NCBI GenBank assembly: GCA_963736325.1
Contig: CAVTOG010000002.1
Coordinates: 98,741 to 162,740 of the forward strand
Source of the DNA: an uncultured Actinomycetota bacterium
GTDB lineage: Bacteria; Actinomycetota; Actinomycetes; Streptosporangiales; Streptosporangiaceae
Length of the DNA stretch: 64,000 bases
Reading direction: 5' to 3'
Positions within the stretch are counted from its first letter, which is position 1, and every line of letters begins with the position of its first letter. A program made the translations under genes and the position numbers. The notes under the pieces were generated by a model, which saw only the letters and a list, made by a program, of their open reading frames with translations, was not told the DNA's origin and ran no database searches. Shown piece after piece: positions 11,210-21,946 of this stretch.

Positions 11210-11515
11210 TGCGTCGCTCCCTCCACAGGTCCGATTCCTTACGGTCTACCACAGGCCGCCTTTCCCTCCAGGGGCTCGGACAAGCCGCTTTCCACCCATG
11301 CATCCGGGATATCGCGCCCTGTCCTTGCGGGTGTACCCGCTCACGGGGCCCGCCGACTCCGGCATCACGCTCTACCCCCGCCGGATGCGGCCACGAAGAT
11401 CGAGGCATAGTGTCGGACGGGCCAAGACCCGACGCGGCGAGCGAAGTGAGCGCCGTCACATCCACCGCGCCGCAAACGACCACTGAACGATGCGAGCGAA
11501 AAGCGGTACACGATA

Positions 11516-12898
11516 GTGAACACGCGACCTACGACACTTCGCGAACTCCGCGCCGCCGGTCATGCCCACAAGCCGGTCAAGGAAGAGATACGCGACAATC
11601 TCCTTTCTCGCCTGAGATCGGGGGAGCCTCGCTTTCCGGGCATCGTCGGATTCGACGAGACGGTCCTCCCTCACCTGGAGCGCGCCCTGCTGGCAGGGCA
11701 CGACCTGGTCCTCCTCGGCGAGCGCGGGCAGGGCAAGTCCCGGCTGATCCGCACCCTGGGCGGGCTCCTGGACGAGTGGACGCCCGTGGTCGAGGGCTGC
11801 GAGATCAACGATCACCCGTACGAGCCCGTGTGCGTACGCTGCCGCCGGCTGCTCGCCGAGCAGGGCGAAGACCTACCGGTCGCGTGGAAACACCGCGACG
11901 AGCGCTACGGCGAGAAGCTCGCCACCCCCGACACCAGCGTCGGCGACCTCATCGGCGACGTCGACCCGATCAAGGTCGCCGAGGGCCGCACCCTGGGCGA
12001 CCCCGAGACCGTGCACTACGGCCTCGTCCCGCGCACCAACCGCGGCATCTTCTGCGTCAACGAACTGCCCGACCTGGCCGAACGCATCCAGGTCTCGCTG
12101 CTCAACGTCCTGGAGGAGCGCGACGTGCAGATTCGGGGCTACGCCCTGCGGCTGCCGCTCGACGTGCTCCTCGTGGCGAGCGCCAACCCGGAGGACTACA
12201 CCAACCGCGGCCGCATCATCACGCCGCTGAAGGACCGGTTCGGCGCGGAGATCCGCACGCACTACCCGATCGAACTCGACGACGAGCTGGTGCTGATCGG
12301 TCAGGAGGCACAGGTCGCGGCGGCGGTGCCCATCCACCTGATGGAGGTCATCGGGCGGTTCACCCGGTTCGTACGCGAGTCGCCGGCCGTCGACACCCGC
12401 TCCGGTGTGTCCGCGCGCTTCGCGATCGCCGGCACGGAGACCGTGGCGGCCTCGGCGATGCGCCGCGCGGCCATCTCCGGCGAGGACCAGGCGGTCGCGC
12501 GCGTCTGCGACCTGCCCTCGATCGTGCCGACGCTGCTCGGAAAAGTGGAGTTCGAGGTCAGCGAGGAGGGCCGTGAGGAGGAGGTGCTCGCGCACCTGCT
12601 GCGCCGCGCCACGTCCGACACCTGGCGGCGCGCGCTCGGCGCGTCGGACCTGACCGGCCTGCTCGAACGCTTCGACAGCGGCGCCACGGTCGACACGGGC
12701 GACCTGCTGCCCGCCGCCGAACTCCTGCACCGCATCGGCCCGGTCACCGGGCTCTCGAAGATCCTGGAGAGCCTCGACATGGAGGGCGAGTCGCCAGGGC
12801 ACGCCGCGGCGGCCCTGGAGTTCGCGCTCGAAGGCCTCTACCTCATGCGCCGCCTGTCCAAGGACGTCGCGGACGGCACGTCGACCTACCGCACCTGA
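11516..12898 (+). CDS. magnesium-chelatase-like AAA+ ATPase (Rv0958-like)
   Basis: Walker A GERGQGKS, NELPDLAERIQV and ASANPEDYTNRGRIITPLKDRFG. Confidence 0.9.
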   Translation: MNTRPTTLRELRAAGHAHKPVKEEIRDNLLSRLRSGEPRFPGIVGFDETVLPHLERALLAGHDLVLLGERGQGKSRLIRTLGGLLDEWTPVVEGCEINDHPYEPVCVRCRRLLAEQGEDLPVAWKHRDERYGEKLATPDTSVGDLIGDVDPIKVAEGRTLGDPETVHYGLVPRTNRGIFCVNELPDLAERIQVSLLNVLEERDVQIRGYALRLPLDVLLVASANPEDYTNRGRIITPLKDRFGAEIRTHYPIELDDELVLIGQEAQVAAAVPIHLMEVIGRFTRFVRESPAVDTRSGVSARFAIAGTETVAASAMRRAAISGEDQAVARVCDLPSIVPTLLGKVEFEVSEEGREEEVLAHLLRRATSDTWRRALGASDLTGLLERFDSGATVDTGDLLPAAELLHRIGPVTGLSKILESLDMEGESPGHAAAALEFALEGLYLMRRLSKDVADGTSTYRT

Positions 12899-12912
12899 TC
12901 AGGAGTTCGCCG

Positions 12913-14871
12913 ATGGCCGGATTCCGGTACGGCCCGTACCACGACGGGCCGGATCCGCTCGCTCCCCCGTACGACGTCCGTGCCGCCCTCGATGCCATGG
13001 GCGACTCCATGCTCGAAGGCACCAACCCCGCCGAGGCTCTGCGCGACCTGCTCCGGCGGGGCCTGCCCGGCCGGGAGCGGCGGCGCGGCCTCGACGACCT
13101 GCTGCGCCAGGTGCGCATGCGCCGTCAGGAGCTGCGCGGCCGCGGACGGCTCGACGGCACCCTCGACGAGGCCCGCGAGCTGCTCGACCGCGCCATCGGC
13201 CAGGAACGGGCCGCGCTGTTCCCCGACCCGGGCGACGACGCACGGCTGCGCGAGACCGAGCTGGACACCCTGCCAGGCGACACGGCCGAGGCCGTACGCC
13301 GCCTGTCGTCGTATGAGTGGCGGTCTCCCGAAGCGAGGCAGACCTTCGAGGAGCTGAAGGACCTGCTGCGCCGCGACGTGCTCGACGCGCAGTTCCGCGG
13401 CATGAAGCAGGCCATGAGCAACCCCGACCCGGCCGCCATGGAGCGGGTCAAGAACATGATGGCCGCGCTCAACGAGATGCTGGAGAAGGACGCGCGCGGC
13501 GAGCACACGCAGGAGGACTTCGAGAACTTCATGCGGGAGTACGGGGAGTTCTTCCCCGACGACCCGCAGAACCTCGAAGAACTCGTCGACTCCCTGGCCC
13601 GCCGCGCCGCCGCGACCGAGCGGCTGCTCGCCTCCCTCACGCCGGAGCAGCGCGAGGAGCTCGCGTCCCTGATGGCGCAGACGCTGGAGGACGCCGGCCT
13701 CGCCATGGAAATGCAGCGCCTCGGGTCGTCGTTGCGCCAGCGCCGTCCCGACCTGGACTGGAGCAGCTCCGAGCGCATGAGCGGCGACGAGGGCATGTCC
13801 ATGGGCGACGCCACGACGGCCCTGGAGGAGCTCGCGGACCTGTCCGAGCTGGAGGGCGCCCTCCGTCAGGACTACCCGGGCGCGCGGCTGGACGACGTGG
13901 ACGAGGAGGCGGTCCGGCGCGCACTCGGCCGCCAGGCCGTCGACGACCTGACGGAGCTGCGCCGCATCGAGGCGGAGCTGGAACGCCAGGGATACCTCAA
14001 ACGCCGCGGCGGCAACCTCGACCTGACCCCGAAGGCCGTGCGCCGCATCGGCGAGACCGCGCTGCGACGAGTGTTCGCTCAGCTCGACTCGGCACGCCAG
14101 GGCGACCACGACCAGATCGACGCGGGCCAGGCCGGCGAACTCACCGGCGCCAGCCGCGCCTGGAGGTACGGCGACGAACAGCCCATCGACGTCGTCCGCA
14201 CGGTGTCGAACGCCCTGCGCCGTGGACGCCCCGCCGGTGCGCGCGTCCGTCTGAACGTGGACGACTTCGACGTGCTGGAGACCGAACGCCGTACGTCCGC
14301 GGCCGTCTGCCTCCTCGTCGACCTGTCGTACTCGATGGCGCTGCGAGGCACGTGGGGCTCGGCCAAGCAGACCGCGCTGGCGCTGCACACACTGGTGGCG
14401 AGCAAGTACCCACAGGACGCCGTCCAGATCGTCGGCTTCTCGAACTACGCACGCGAGCTCCACCCGACCGAACTCGCGGCCCTCGACTGGGACATGGTGC
14501 AGGGCACGAACCTCCACCACGCCCTGCTGATCGCCGGCCGCCACCTGGACAGACACCCCCAGCACGACCCGATCGTCCTGGTCATCACGGACGGCGAGCC
14601 AACGGCCCACCTGCTGCGCGACGGCCGCTCGTCGTTCGACTGGCCCCCGTCCCGCGACACGCTGGAGCTGACCCTCGCCGAAGTCGACAAGATGACGAGA
14701 CGGCGCGCGATCCTGAACATCTTCATGCTCGCCGACGACGAACGCCTGGTGTCGTTCGTGGAAGAGGTCGCCCGCCGCAACGGGGGCCGCGTCTTCGCCC
14801 CGACCCCGGAACGCCTGGGTGAGTACGTCGTCCGCGACTACCTGAGAGTCCGCCGAGGTTCGAACCGCTGA
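12913..14871 (+). CDS. VWA-domain protein (Rv0959-like), partner of the AAA+ ATPase
   Basis: MIDAS DLSYS...GTN...ITDGEPT; directly downstream of the ATPase, with AGGAG RBS. Confidence 0.9.
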   Translation: MAGFRYGPYHDGPDPLAPPYDVRAALDAMGDSMLEGTNPAEALRDLLRRGLPGRERRRGLDDLLRQVRMRRQELRGRGRLDGTLDEARELLDRAIGQERAALFPDPGDDARLRETELDTLPGDTAEAVRRLSSYEWRSPEARQTFEELKDLLRRDVLDAQFRGMKQAMSNPDPAAMERVKNMMAALNEMLEKDARGEHTQEDFENFMREYGEFFPDDPQNLEELVDSLARRAAATERLLASLTPEQREELASLMAQTLEDAGLAMEMQRLGSSLRQRRPDLDWSSSERMSGDEGMSMGDATTALEELADLSELEGALRQDYPGARLDDVDEEAVRRALGRQAVDDLTELRRIEAELERQGYLKRRGGNLDLTPKAVRRIGETALRRVFAQLDSARQGDHDQIDAGQAGELTGASRAWRYGDEQPIDVVRTVSNALRRGRPAGARVRLNVDDFDVLETERRTSAAVCLLVDLSYSMALRGTWGSAKQTALALHTLVASKYPQDAVQIVGFSNYARELHPTELAALDWDMVQGTNLHHALLIAGRHLDRHPQHDPIVLVITDGEPTAHLLRDGRSSFDWPPSRDTLELTLAEVDKMTRRRAILNIFMLADDERLVSFVEEVARRNGGRVFAPTPERLGEYVVRDYLRVRRGSNR

Positions 14872-14963
14872 CGCGACCTTCCCTGCGCCGCCGGTTTCGG
14901 CGGCGCGGGCGGCCGTGGTGCGTCGGCTGGGCGGTCCGGCCGGGCGAAGGCTATGGTCGTGCC

Positions 14964-15497
14964 ATGTCCAGCGCCGACCGTATTCTCTTGATCCTTCATA
15001 TCGGCTTCTCGATCTTCGCGCTCGGGCCGATAACCGCGGCCACGATGGCGACTCCTCGCTACATTCGCCGCGGCGATGCCGGTGTGGTGCGCAGTCTCAA
15101 CCGCATGACCCGGATCTACGGGCTGCTGGCGCTGGGGATCTTCCTGTTCGGCCTGCTGCTGGCGCACGGGAAGTTCAACCAAATGTGGCTGTCGGCCTCG
15201 ATGACGTTGTTCATCGTCGCGGTGGCGTTGCTGTTCATCGTCGAGCGTGACCAGCGCAAGGCCCTGCACAAGATCGAGCTGTCCGACGCCGAGGTCACCG
15301 CGCAGCCCGGGCCCGCGCCGGACACCGACACCCCCGTGGCCGGCGTGCCGGCCGAGGACGGCAAGCCCGCCCCCGAGCCCGCGGCCAAGGGTGACCGCGA
15401 GCTCGCCAAGGTGGAGACCGGGCGTATCGCCACCATTTCCGGTGTCATCGCCCTGATCTGGATCGTCATCCTCGTGCTGATGGTCTGGAACGGCTAG
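14964..15497 (+). CDS. integral membrane protein (DUF2269-like)
   Basis: Four hydrophobic helices, LILHIG..FALGP; TATGGT -10 box 6 nt before the ATG (leaderless). Confidence 0.7.
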   Translation: MSSADRILLILHIGFSIFALGPITAATMATPRYIRRGDAGVVRSLNRMTRIYGLLALGIFLFGLLLAHGKFNQMWLSASMTLFIVAVALLFIVERDQRKALHKIELSDAEVTAQPGPAPDTDTPVAGVPAEDGKPAPEPAAKGDRELAKVETGRIATISGVIALIWIVILVLMVWNG

Positions 15498-16648
15498 CCG
15501 AGCGCGCGTTCCAGATCGGCGAGCAGGTCGTCGGCGTCCTCGATGCCGACGGACAGACGTACGAGGTCGCCGGGAACCTCCAGCGCCGACCCGACCACCG
15601 ACGCGTGCGTCATGCGTCCCGGGTGCTCGATGAGCGACTCGACGCCGCCGAGCGACTCAGCCAGGATGAACAGCCGCGTACGGTCACAGACCTGCAGGGC
15701 CGCCTCCTCGCCCTCGGCGACGCGGAACGACACCATGCCGCCGAAGGCCCGCATCTGCTTGGCCGCGGTCTCGTGGCCGGGGTGGTCGGTCAGCCCCGGG
15801 TAGTAGACCTTGGACACGCGCGGGTGGCGTACGAGGAACTCCGCGATGCGTGCGGCGTTCGACGAGTGGCGCTCCATGCGGAGGGCGAGGGTCTTGATGC
15901 CCCGCAACGTCAGCCAGGAGTCGAAGGGCCCGGCCACACCGCCCATGGAGTTCTGGTGGAAGGCGAGCTCTCCGCCGAGGCCGATATCGGACACAATTAG
16001 CGCGCCGCCGACGACGTCGGAGTGGCCGCCCATGTACTTGGTGGTCGAGTGCACGACGACGTCGGCGCCGAGGGCCAGCGGGCGCTGGAGGTACGGCGAC
16101 GCGAAGGTGTTGTCCACGACGAGCAGGGCGTCGCCTTCATGGGCGACCTGGGCGAGCGCCGCGATGTCGGCGATGCCGAGCAGCGGGTTCGTGGGCGTCT
16201 CGACCATGATCGCCCGGGTCTCGGGACGCATGGCGGCACGAACTGCGGAGACGTCGGAGAGGGGCACGGCGTCATACGTCACGTTCCAGCGCGACAAGAC
16301 CTTGGAGATCAGGCGGAACGTCCCGCCGTAGGCGTCGTTGGGAATGATGATGTGATCGCCCGGCTTGCAGATCGTGCGCAGCAGGGTGTCCTCGGCCGCC
16401 ATGCCAGAGGCGAAGGCTAGGCCGCGCACCCCGCCCTCGAGCGCGGCGAGACACTCCTCCAGCGCCGAGCGGCTCGGGTTGCCGGTGCGGCTGTACTCGA
16501 ACCCGCCGCGTAGCCCACCCACACCGTCCTGCTTGTAGGTGGAGGTCTGATAAATCGGCGGAACGACCGCCCCTGTCGCGGGATCTGGCTCCTGACCTGC
16601 ATGAATGGCAAGAGTCTCGAAGCCGGTCGCGTCGTTGAAACCGTCCAT
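15494..16648 (-). CDS. metB: cystathionine gamma-synthase/lyase
   Basis: GFETLAIHAGQ, YSRTGNP, ETPTNP, VDNTFASPY, HSTTKYMGGHSD (PLP Lys) and AESLGGVESL. TAACCT -10 box 7 nt before ATG 16648. Confidence 0.93.
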   Translation of the reverse strand: MDGFNDATGFETLAIHAGQEPDPATGAVVPPIYQTSTYKQDGVGGLRGGFEYSRTGNPSRSALEECLAALEGGVRGLAFASGMAAEDTLLRTICKPGDHIIIPNDAYGGTFRLISKVLSRWNVTYDAVPLSDVSAVRAAMRPETRAIMVETPTNPLLGIADIAALAQVAHEGDALLVVDNTFASPYLQRPLALGADVVVHSTTKYMGGHSDVVGGALIVSDIGLGGELAFHQNSMGGVAGPFDSWLTLRGIKTLALRMERHSSNAARIAEFLVRHPRVSKVYYPGLTDHPGHETAAKQMRAFGGMVSFRVAEGEEAALQVCDRTRLFILAESLGGVESLIEHPGRMTHASVVGSALEVPGDLVRLSVGIEDADDLLADLERALG

Positions 16649-16679
16649 GGTCGAGAGGTTAGTACCTCTTGTCCCGCAG

Positions 16680-16760
16680 GCGTACCACGGGATGACCATC
16701 CCTGCGGATGAGCTTTCTCCGCCGTAAGTACGAGCAGGCATCTACCCTCAGGCGGTGAGG
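16680..16760. promoter_or_regulatory. tandem 16-bp imperfect palindromes upstream of the MMPL gene (response-regulator-type boxes)
   Basis: GCGTACCACGGGATGA (16680-16695), CCATCCCTGCGGATGA (16696-16711) and a weaker TCTACCCTCAGGCGGT (16741-16756). Confidence 0.4.
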
Positions 16761-16822
16761 AATGCGTCACACCTTGCCATTATCGTGTAGTACCCAAACA
16801 AATCTAAGAAGGGGAGCCACCC

Positions 16823-18991
16823 GTGTTCGGATGGCTGGGACGTACCGTCGTACGACACCCATGGTGGACGATCGTTGCATGGCTCGTCGCGGCGGCCGCC
16901 GCCATCGCGCTCGCGCCGAAGCTCGACACCCACTCTGACCAGCAAGATTTCCTCCCAACTAAGTACGAGTCAATCCAAGGCGCCAAACTCGCCGACAAGG
17001 CGTTCCCCAACGGCAGCCAGAAGACCAACAACGAATTGATGGTGGTGAAGCGCTCCGACGGCGGCGCGCTCACCGACGCCGACCAGCAGAAGATCGGCCA
17101 GGTAGCGGCCGGACTGCAGGCCAAGCACATCAAGGGCGTGACCGCGGTACTGACCAGCAAGGACACGCTGTCTCAGAACCACAAGGTCCAGGTCGTCGCC
17201 GTTCCGCTGCCCAACGCCTACAACGACGTGAAGCAGGAGAAGGTCGACGAGGACGCGGTCAAACAGCTGCGCACGGCGGCCACTGACGCGTTCAAGGGCA
17301 GCGACCTTCAATACGGCGTGACCGGCAACGTCTCCAGCACGATCGACAATGCCGACTCGAACAAGAAGACGATGGCGCTGATCGGCATCGCGACCGTCGC
17401 GCTGATCATCATCCTTATTTTGTTGATCTTCCGGGCGCCGATCGCGGCACTACTACCGATCATTGTGATCGTCATGGTGCTGGAGGTCTCGAACGCGATC
17501 ACAGCGATCGTCGGCAAGGCGTTCGACCTGAAGTTCGACGCCGGCTTCGAGTCCCTCATTCTGATCGTGCTGTACGGCATCGGCACCGACTACATCCTCT
17601 TCTTGCTGTTCCGCTTCCGTGAGCGTTTGCGCCTCGGTGAGGACAAGAAGACCGCGATGATGGTCACCGTCGAGCGGGTCGGCGAGGCCATCGCCTCCGC
17701 CGCGGGCGCGGTCATCGTCGCGTTCCTCGTGCTACTGCTCGCCAAGTTCAAGTCCTTCGGCGCGCTGGGCCCGCAGCTCGCGATCGCGGTCGGCGTCATG
17801 CTGATCACCGCGCTCACGCTGATCCCGGCGATCGTCTCCCTGCTCGGCCGTGCCGTCTTCTGGCCGTCGAAGTCCTGGAAGAAGGAACCGAAGGCCAGCT
17901 TCTACACGAAGCTCGGCAACGCCATCGGCAAGCGTCCGCTGATCACCCTGGTCGCGTCGAGCGTCGTCCTGCTCGCCCTCGCGAGCGCGACACTGGCGTT
18001 CAAGGCCGACTACGACTTCATGGCCGGCCAGCCGCAGCAGACCGAGTCGGCCAAGGCACTGAAGGACCTGCAGTCCAGCCTCCCGCCGGGCCTGACCGAC
18101 CCGACCACCGTCTACGTCCAGGCCAAGAGCGGCACGCTCGACAAGGCCGCGCTGCAGACCTACCAGCAGACGCTCTCGCACGCGAACGGCGTCGGCGGTA
18201 CGGCTCCTACGCCGGAGTTCAACCCAGACGGCACGGTCGCCAAGATCACCCTCATCCTCAAGCTGAACCCGCACACCAACGCGGCCATCGATCTGGTCAA
18301 GGGCCCGCTGAAGGCCACCGCGCACCAGAACGCCCCTCCCGGCACGCGGGTGTACGTCAGCGGCACCACGGCGATCTTCGGAGACATCAACAAGGTCAAC
18401 AACCGTGACCTGTCGGTCATCCTGCCCGTCGCGGTGGCGTTGATCGCCATCATCCTGGCGCTGCTCCTGCGCTCGCTGGTCGCCCCGATCTACCTGGTCG
18501 TGGCGGTGCTCCTCGGCTTCGCGGCCACGCTCGGCACGAGCGTGCTCCTGTTCCAGGAGGCGGAGGGCAAAGAGGGCCTGATGTTCGAGCTGCCGATCAT
18601 CTTGTACCTGTTCGTGCTAGCCATCGGGACCGACTACAACATCCTGATGATCGCGCGACTGCGTGAGGAGGCGCGCGAGGGCCACGACCCGCGCCGCGCG
18701 GCGGCGGTGGGCATCCAGCACGCCGGGCCGACCGTGGCGGCCGCCGCGGTCATCCTCGCGGGGACGTTCTCCATGCTGGTGCTCTCGCCGGTGTCCTTCC
18801 TCGCACAGATCGGGTTCGGCGTCGCCATCGGCATCCTGCTGTCGGCCTTCGTCGTGTCGACCTTCTTCGTACCGGCGTTCACCGCGCTCATCGGGCACGC
18901 CGCCTGGTGGCCCGGTCACGCCGACCGCGCTCGCGTCGCGTCGGATCCGCCCGCCGCGGAGCCGGTCGAGATGGCCGACCAGGACGGCTGA
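16823..18991 (+). CDS. MMPL family (RND) transporter
   Basis: Two repeats with GIGTDYILFLLFRFRE and AIGTDYNILMIARLREE; about 12 TM helices; AAGGGGAG RBS. Confidence 0.93.
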   Translation: MFGWLGRTVVRHPWWTIVAWLVAAAAAIALAPKLDTHSDQQDFLPTKYESIQGAKLADKAFPNGSQKTNNELMVVKRSDGGALTDADQQKIGQVAAGLQAKHIKGVTAVLTSKDTLSQNHKVQVVAVPLPNAYNDVKQEKVDEDAVKQLRTAATDAFKGSDLQYGVTGNVSSTIDNADSNKKTMALIGIATVALIIILILLIFRAPIAALLPIIVIVMVLEVSNAITAIVGKAFDLKFDAGFESLILIVLYGIGTDYILFLLFRFRERLRLGEDKKTAMMVTVERVGEAIASAAGAVIVAFLVLLLAKFKSFGALGPQLAIAVGVMLITALTLIPAIVSLLGRAVFWPSKSWKKEPKASFYTKLGNAIGKRPLITLVASSVVLLALASATLAFKADYDFMAGQPQQTESAKALKDLQSSLPPGLTDPTTVYVQAKSGTLDKAALQTYQQTLSHANGVGGTAPTPEFNPDGTVAKITLILKLNPHTNAAIDLVKGPLKATAHQNAPPGTRVYVSGTTAIFGDINKVNNRDLSVILPVAVALIAIILALLLRSLVAPIYLVVAVLLGFAATLGTSVLLFQEAEGKEGLMFELPIILYLFVLAIGTDYNILMIARLREEAREGHDPRRAAAVGIQHAGPTVAAAAVILAGTFSMLVLSPVSFLAQIGFGVAIGILLSAFVVSTFFVPAFTALIGHAAWWPGHADRARVASDPPAAEPVEMADQDG

Positions 18992-19006
18992 CCCGCTTCA
19001 CAACAC

Positions 19007-19040
19007 AGAAACGCCCCGTCCGTATGGACGGGGCGTTTCT
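19007..19040. terminator. bidirectional intrinsic terminator
   Basis: AGAAACGCCCCGTCC-GTAT-GGACGGGGCGTTTCT followed by T-rich sequence; lies between convergent genes. Confidence 0.85.
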
Positions 19041-19055
19041 CTTTGTGTGCCGAGG

Positions 19056-20426
19056 TCAGCCTGCGGCGAGGAAGCCGAGCAGGTCCTGCCGGGTGATGAG
19101 ACCCGCGGGCTTGCCGTCGACCAGGACGACCGCGGCGCCGGTCTTCTCCAGTACGCCGACCGCCTCGCTCACCGGCTCACCCGAGCCCAGAATCGGCAGC
19201 GGCGGCGACATGTGCGTCTCCAGCGGGTCGTCGAGCTTCGCCCGGCCGCTGACCAGCGCCCGCAACAGGTCGCTCTCGCTCACCGAGCCGACCACCTCGG
19301 CGACCATGACGGGCGGCTCCTCCTTCATGACGGGAAGCTGTGACACCCCGTACTCCCGCAGAATCGACACGGCCGTGCCGACCGACTCGTACGGGTGGAC
19401 GTGCACGAACTCCGGCAGGCCCTGGCCCTTGCGGGACAGGACGTCGGAGATGCGCGCTTCCTCGCTCTCGGACATGAGGAAGCCGTAGTCGGCCATCCAG
19501 TCGTCGTTGAAGATCTTCGACAGGTAGCCGCGGCCACCGTCGGGCAGCAGCACGACGACCACGTCGTCCGGCCCCGCCTCGGCCGCGACGCGCTGCGCGG
19601 CCACGACCGCGAGCCCGCACGAACCGCCGACCAGAAGGGCCTCCTCGCGCGCGAGCCTGCGCGTCATGTTGAAGGAGTCCTTGTCGCTCACGGCGATGAC
19701 CTGGTCGCAGATGTCCCGGTCGTAGGTTTCCGGCCAGATGTCCTCGCCGACGCCTTCGACCAGGTACGGCCGGCCGGTGCCACCGGAGTAGACCGAGCCC
19801 TCGGGGTCGGCGCCGATGATCTGCACCCGGCCGTTCGAGACCTCTTTGAGGTAGCGCCCGACACCGCTGATCGTGCCGCCGGTGCCGATGCCGGCCACGA
19901 AGTGCGTGATGCGGCCCTCGGTCTGCTCCCAGATCTCCGGGCCGGTCGTCTCGTAGTGCGAGCGCGGGTTGTTCGGGTTGGCGTACTGATCGGGTTTCCA
20001 GCCGCCCGGGGTCTCCTTGGCGAGCCGGTCCGAGACCGAGTAGTACGAGTCGGGGTGCTCAGGGTCGACCGCACCCGGGCAGACCACGACCTCCGCACCG
20101 TACGCCCGCAGCACCGCGATCTTGTCGCCGGCGACCTTGTCCGGGCAGATGAAGATGCATCGGTAGCCCTTCTCCTGGGCCACGATGGCCAGCCCCACGC
20201 CGGTGTTGCCCGAGGTCGGCTCGATGATCGTCCCGCCTGGTCGCAGAGCCCCGGACGCTTCGGCCGCCTCGATCATGCGAGTGGCGATGCGGTCCTTGAC
20301 CGAGCCTCCGGGATTGAAGTACTCGACCTTGGCCAGCACCTGGGCCGGGGCTTCGCCCGTTACCTTGCGGAGGCGTACGAGGGGGGTGTCCCCCATGAGC
20401 TCCGTCAGTGAGTTGTGCACGCGCAC
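19056..20426 (-). CDS. cbs: cystathionine beta-synthase with C-terminal CBS domains
   Basis: KVEYFNPGGSVKDR, EPTSGNTGVG, GIGTGGT, PDGGRGYLSK and a CBS pair; likely GTG start at 20426. Confidence 0.93.
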   Translation of the reverse strand: MRVHNSLTELMGDTPLVRLRKVTGEAPAQVLAKVEYFNPGGSVKDRIATRMIEAAEASGALRPGGTIIEPTSGNTGVGLAIVAQEKGYRCIFICPDKVAGDKIAVLRAYGAEVVVCPGAVDPEHPDSYYSVSDRLAKETPGGWKPDQYANPNNPRSHYETTGPEIWEQTEGRITHFVAGIGTGGTISGVGRYLKEVSNGRVQIIGADPEGSVYSGGTGRPYLVEGVGEDIWPETYDRDICDQVIAVSDKDSFNMTRRLAREEALLVGGSCGLAVVAAQRVAAEAGPDDVVVVLLPDGGRGYLSKIFNDDWMADYGFLMSESEEARISDVLSRKGQGLPEFVHVHPYESVGTAVSILREYGVSQLPVMKEEPPVMVAEVVGSVSESDLLRALVSGRAKLDDPLETHMSPPLPILGSGEPVSEAVGVLEKTGAAVVLVDGKPAGLITRQDLLGFLAAG

Positions 20427-20560
20427 GAGCGACGTCCTTGTCGTCAGTTCCAGTTCTGCCCTGAAAGGTACCCCACCACTTCTGGTCACGTTCCGTAGGC
20501 GGAACATCACTGTACGCTGCTAGTGTCGGTCGGCGCCTACGACCCTGAGGGAGGCCGACC

Positions 20561-21904
20561 GTGCCGACGCATTCGCGACGACGTTCCATGTTCATTCCCG
20601 TGCCAATCGCCCTTCTGCTCGCCGCCGCCGGGTGCGGCGGCTCGCATGGAGACGCGGACTCCTCGGCCGCTGCCGGCTGGCGCGACACGTCCGCCGACGC
20701 GGTCAGCAGGGCCGTCGTCGGCTCGGGTGTCGCGGCCGTCACGTCGCTCCGCGCCGACGGGCGCCTGCAGACCTCCACCTTCGACGTGGCCAGCGGAAAG
20801 CGCCTGTGGGCCCAGCCGTCCGTCATCTCGGGCCGCCCGGCCGCCATGGGCGTGGCACCGCCCGCCGTCGTCGGAGCCGCCGACCGCGCCATCGTCGCGA
20901 GCGTCGAGCCGCACTCGTCCGGGGCCGCCCTGGTCGGCCGCGACGCCCGTACGGGAGCCAAGCGCTGGAGCCGTACGGTCGGCACGACGTTCGGCCCCGC
21001 CCGCTGCGGCAACCTTGTGTGCCTGTCGGAGTCGACGGCACGCCGCACGGCCGACTTCGCCGCTCTCGACCCGGTGACCGGCTCACAGGTCTGGCGCATG
21101 CCCGGCGTGGCCGAGGTCGAGTGGGCCGACGCGCGCCGCGTGGTGGTCTTCCGCATGTCGGCCCACCCCACGGTCGAGGCCCACGACCTGAGCAGCGGCA
21201 AACAGCTGTGGACCTACCCGGTCGAAAACGCCCTCGGCAAGGGCGTCAACCTGTCCGGTGGCTGGTCGTTCGGCTCCCTGGGCGACACGCTGGTCGGATA
21301 CCTGGCGCCCTACCAGACCCGCCAGGACGGCCCGCTGTCGTCCTTCGGCTTCTTCTCCATCCGCCTGGCCGACGGCCGCCCGGTGTGGACCCGCCGCAGG
21401 CTGCTGCGCGTGTACCCGAGCGCCAACCCTGCCGTCGCCCTGATCACCCGCGAGGTCGACAACGCCGACCGCTACGGCGGCTTCGCCCACCTCGACCCAA
21501 GGTCCGGCCGCTCCCTGAGAGAGATCACCGCCACGGACGCGCCGAAGACCGACTGGTGGCTGGCGTTCCCGCCGGACCTGTCCGCCCTGGGCTTCCTCGC
21601 CCACGACAAGCCGGGCCGGATGTACGACCTGAAGACCGGCCGCGCGGTCGCCGGCCACACGCGAGGCTGGTCGTTCTGCAGCACGAAGCCGACCCCGCTG
21701 AAGATCAACGGTCAGCAGGGCTTCTACCCGATCGCCGCTCTGTGCGCCTTCGACCTGAAGACCGGCAAGAAGATCACCCCCGTGAGCGCCCCGCCCGGCT
21801 GGTACACGGGCGCGGTCGACGGCTGGCGGGTGTGGCGAGACGAGGGCGGCGCCCTCCACGGCGTCCACGACGCCAACGGCACGAGCCCCGGCATGTACTC
21901 CTAA
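20561..21904 (+). CDS. PQQ-like beta-propeller lipoprotein
   Basis: Lipobox AAGC; repeated D-x-x-(S/T)-G-x-x-x-W motifs (DVASGKRLW, DARTGAKRW, DPVTGSQVW, DLSSGKQLW). Confidence 0.8.
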   Translation: MPTHSRRRSMFIPVPIALLLAAAGCGGSHGDADSSAAAGWRDTSADAVSRAVVGSGVAAVTSLRADGRLQTSTFDVASGKRLWAQPSVISGRPAAMGVAPPAVVGAADRAIVASVEPHSSGAALVGRDARTGAKRWSRTVGTTFGPARCGNLVCLSESTARRTADFAALDPVTGSQVWRMPGVAEVEWADARRVVVFRMSAHPTVEAHDLSSGKQLWTYPVENALGKGVNLSGGWSFGSLGDTLVGYLAPYQTRQDGPLSSFGFFSIRLADGRPVWTRRRLLRVYPSANPAVALITREVDNADRYGGFAHLDPRSGRSLREITATDAPKTDWWLAFPPDLSALGFLAHDKPGRMYDLKTGRAVAGHTRGWSFCSTKPTPLKINGQQGFYPIAALCAFDLKTGKKITPVSAPPGWYTGAVDGWRVWRDEGGALHGVHDANGTSPGMYS

Positions 21905-21946
21905 GGGCCTCCTCAGTTCTACTACGCGGCGTCCAGGCGACGCCGA

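Noticed and set aside
11516-14871. AAA+/VWA pair as a novel system
   Set aside because: Matches the widely conserved Rv0958/Rv0959-type pair in the actinobacterial core genome; function is poorly known, but the pair is not new.
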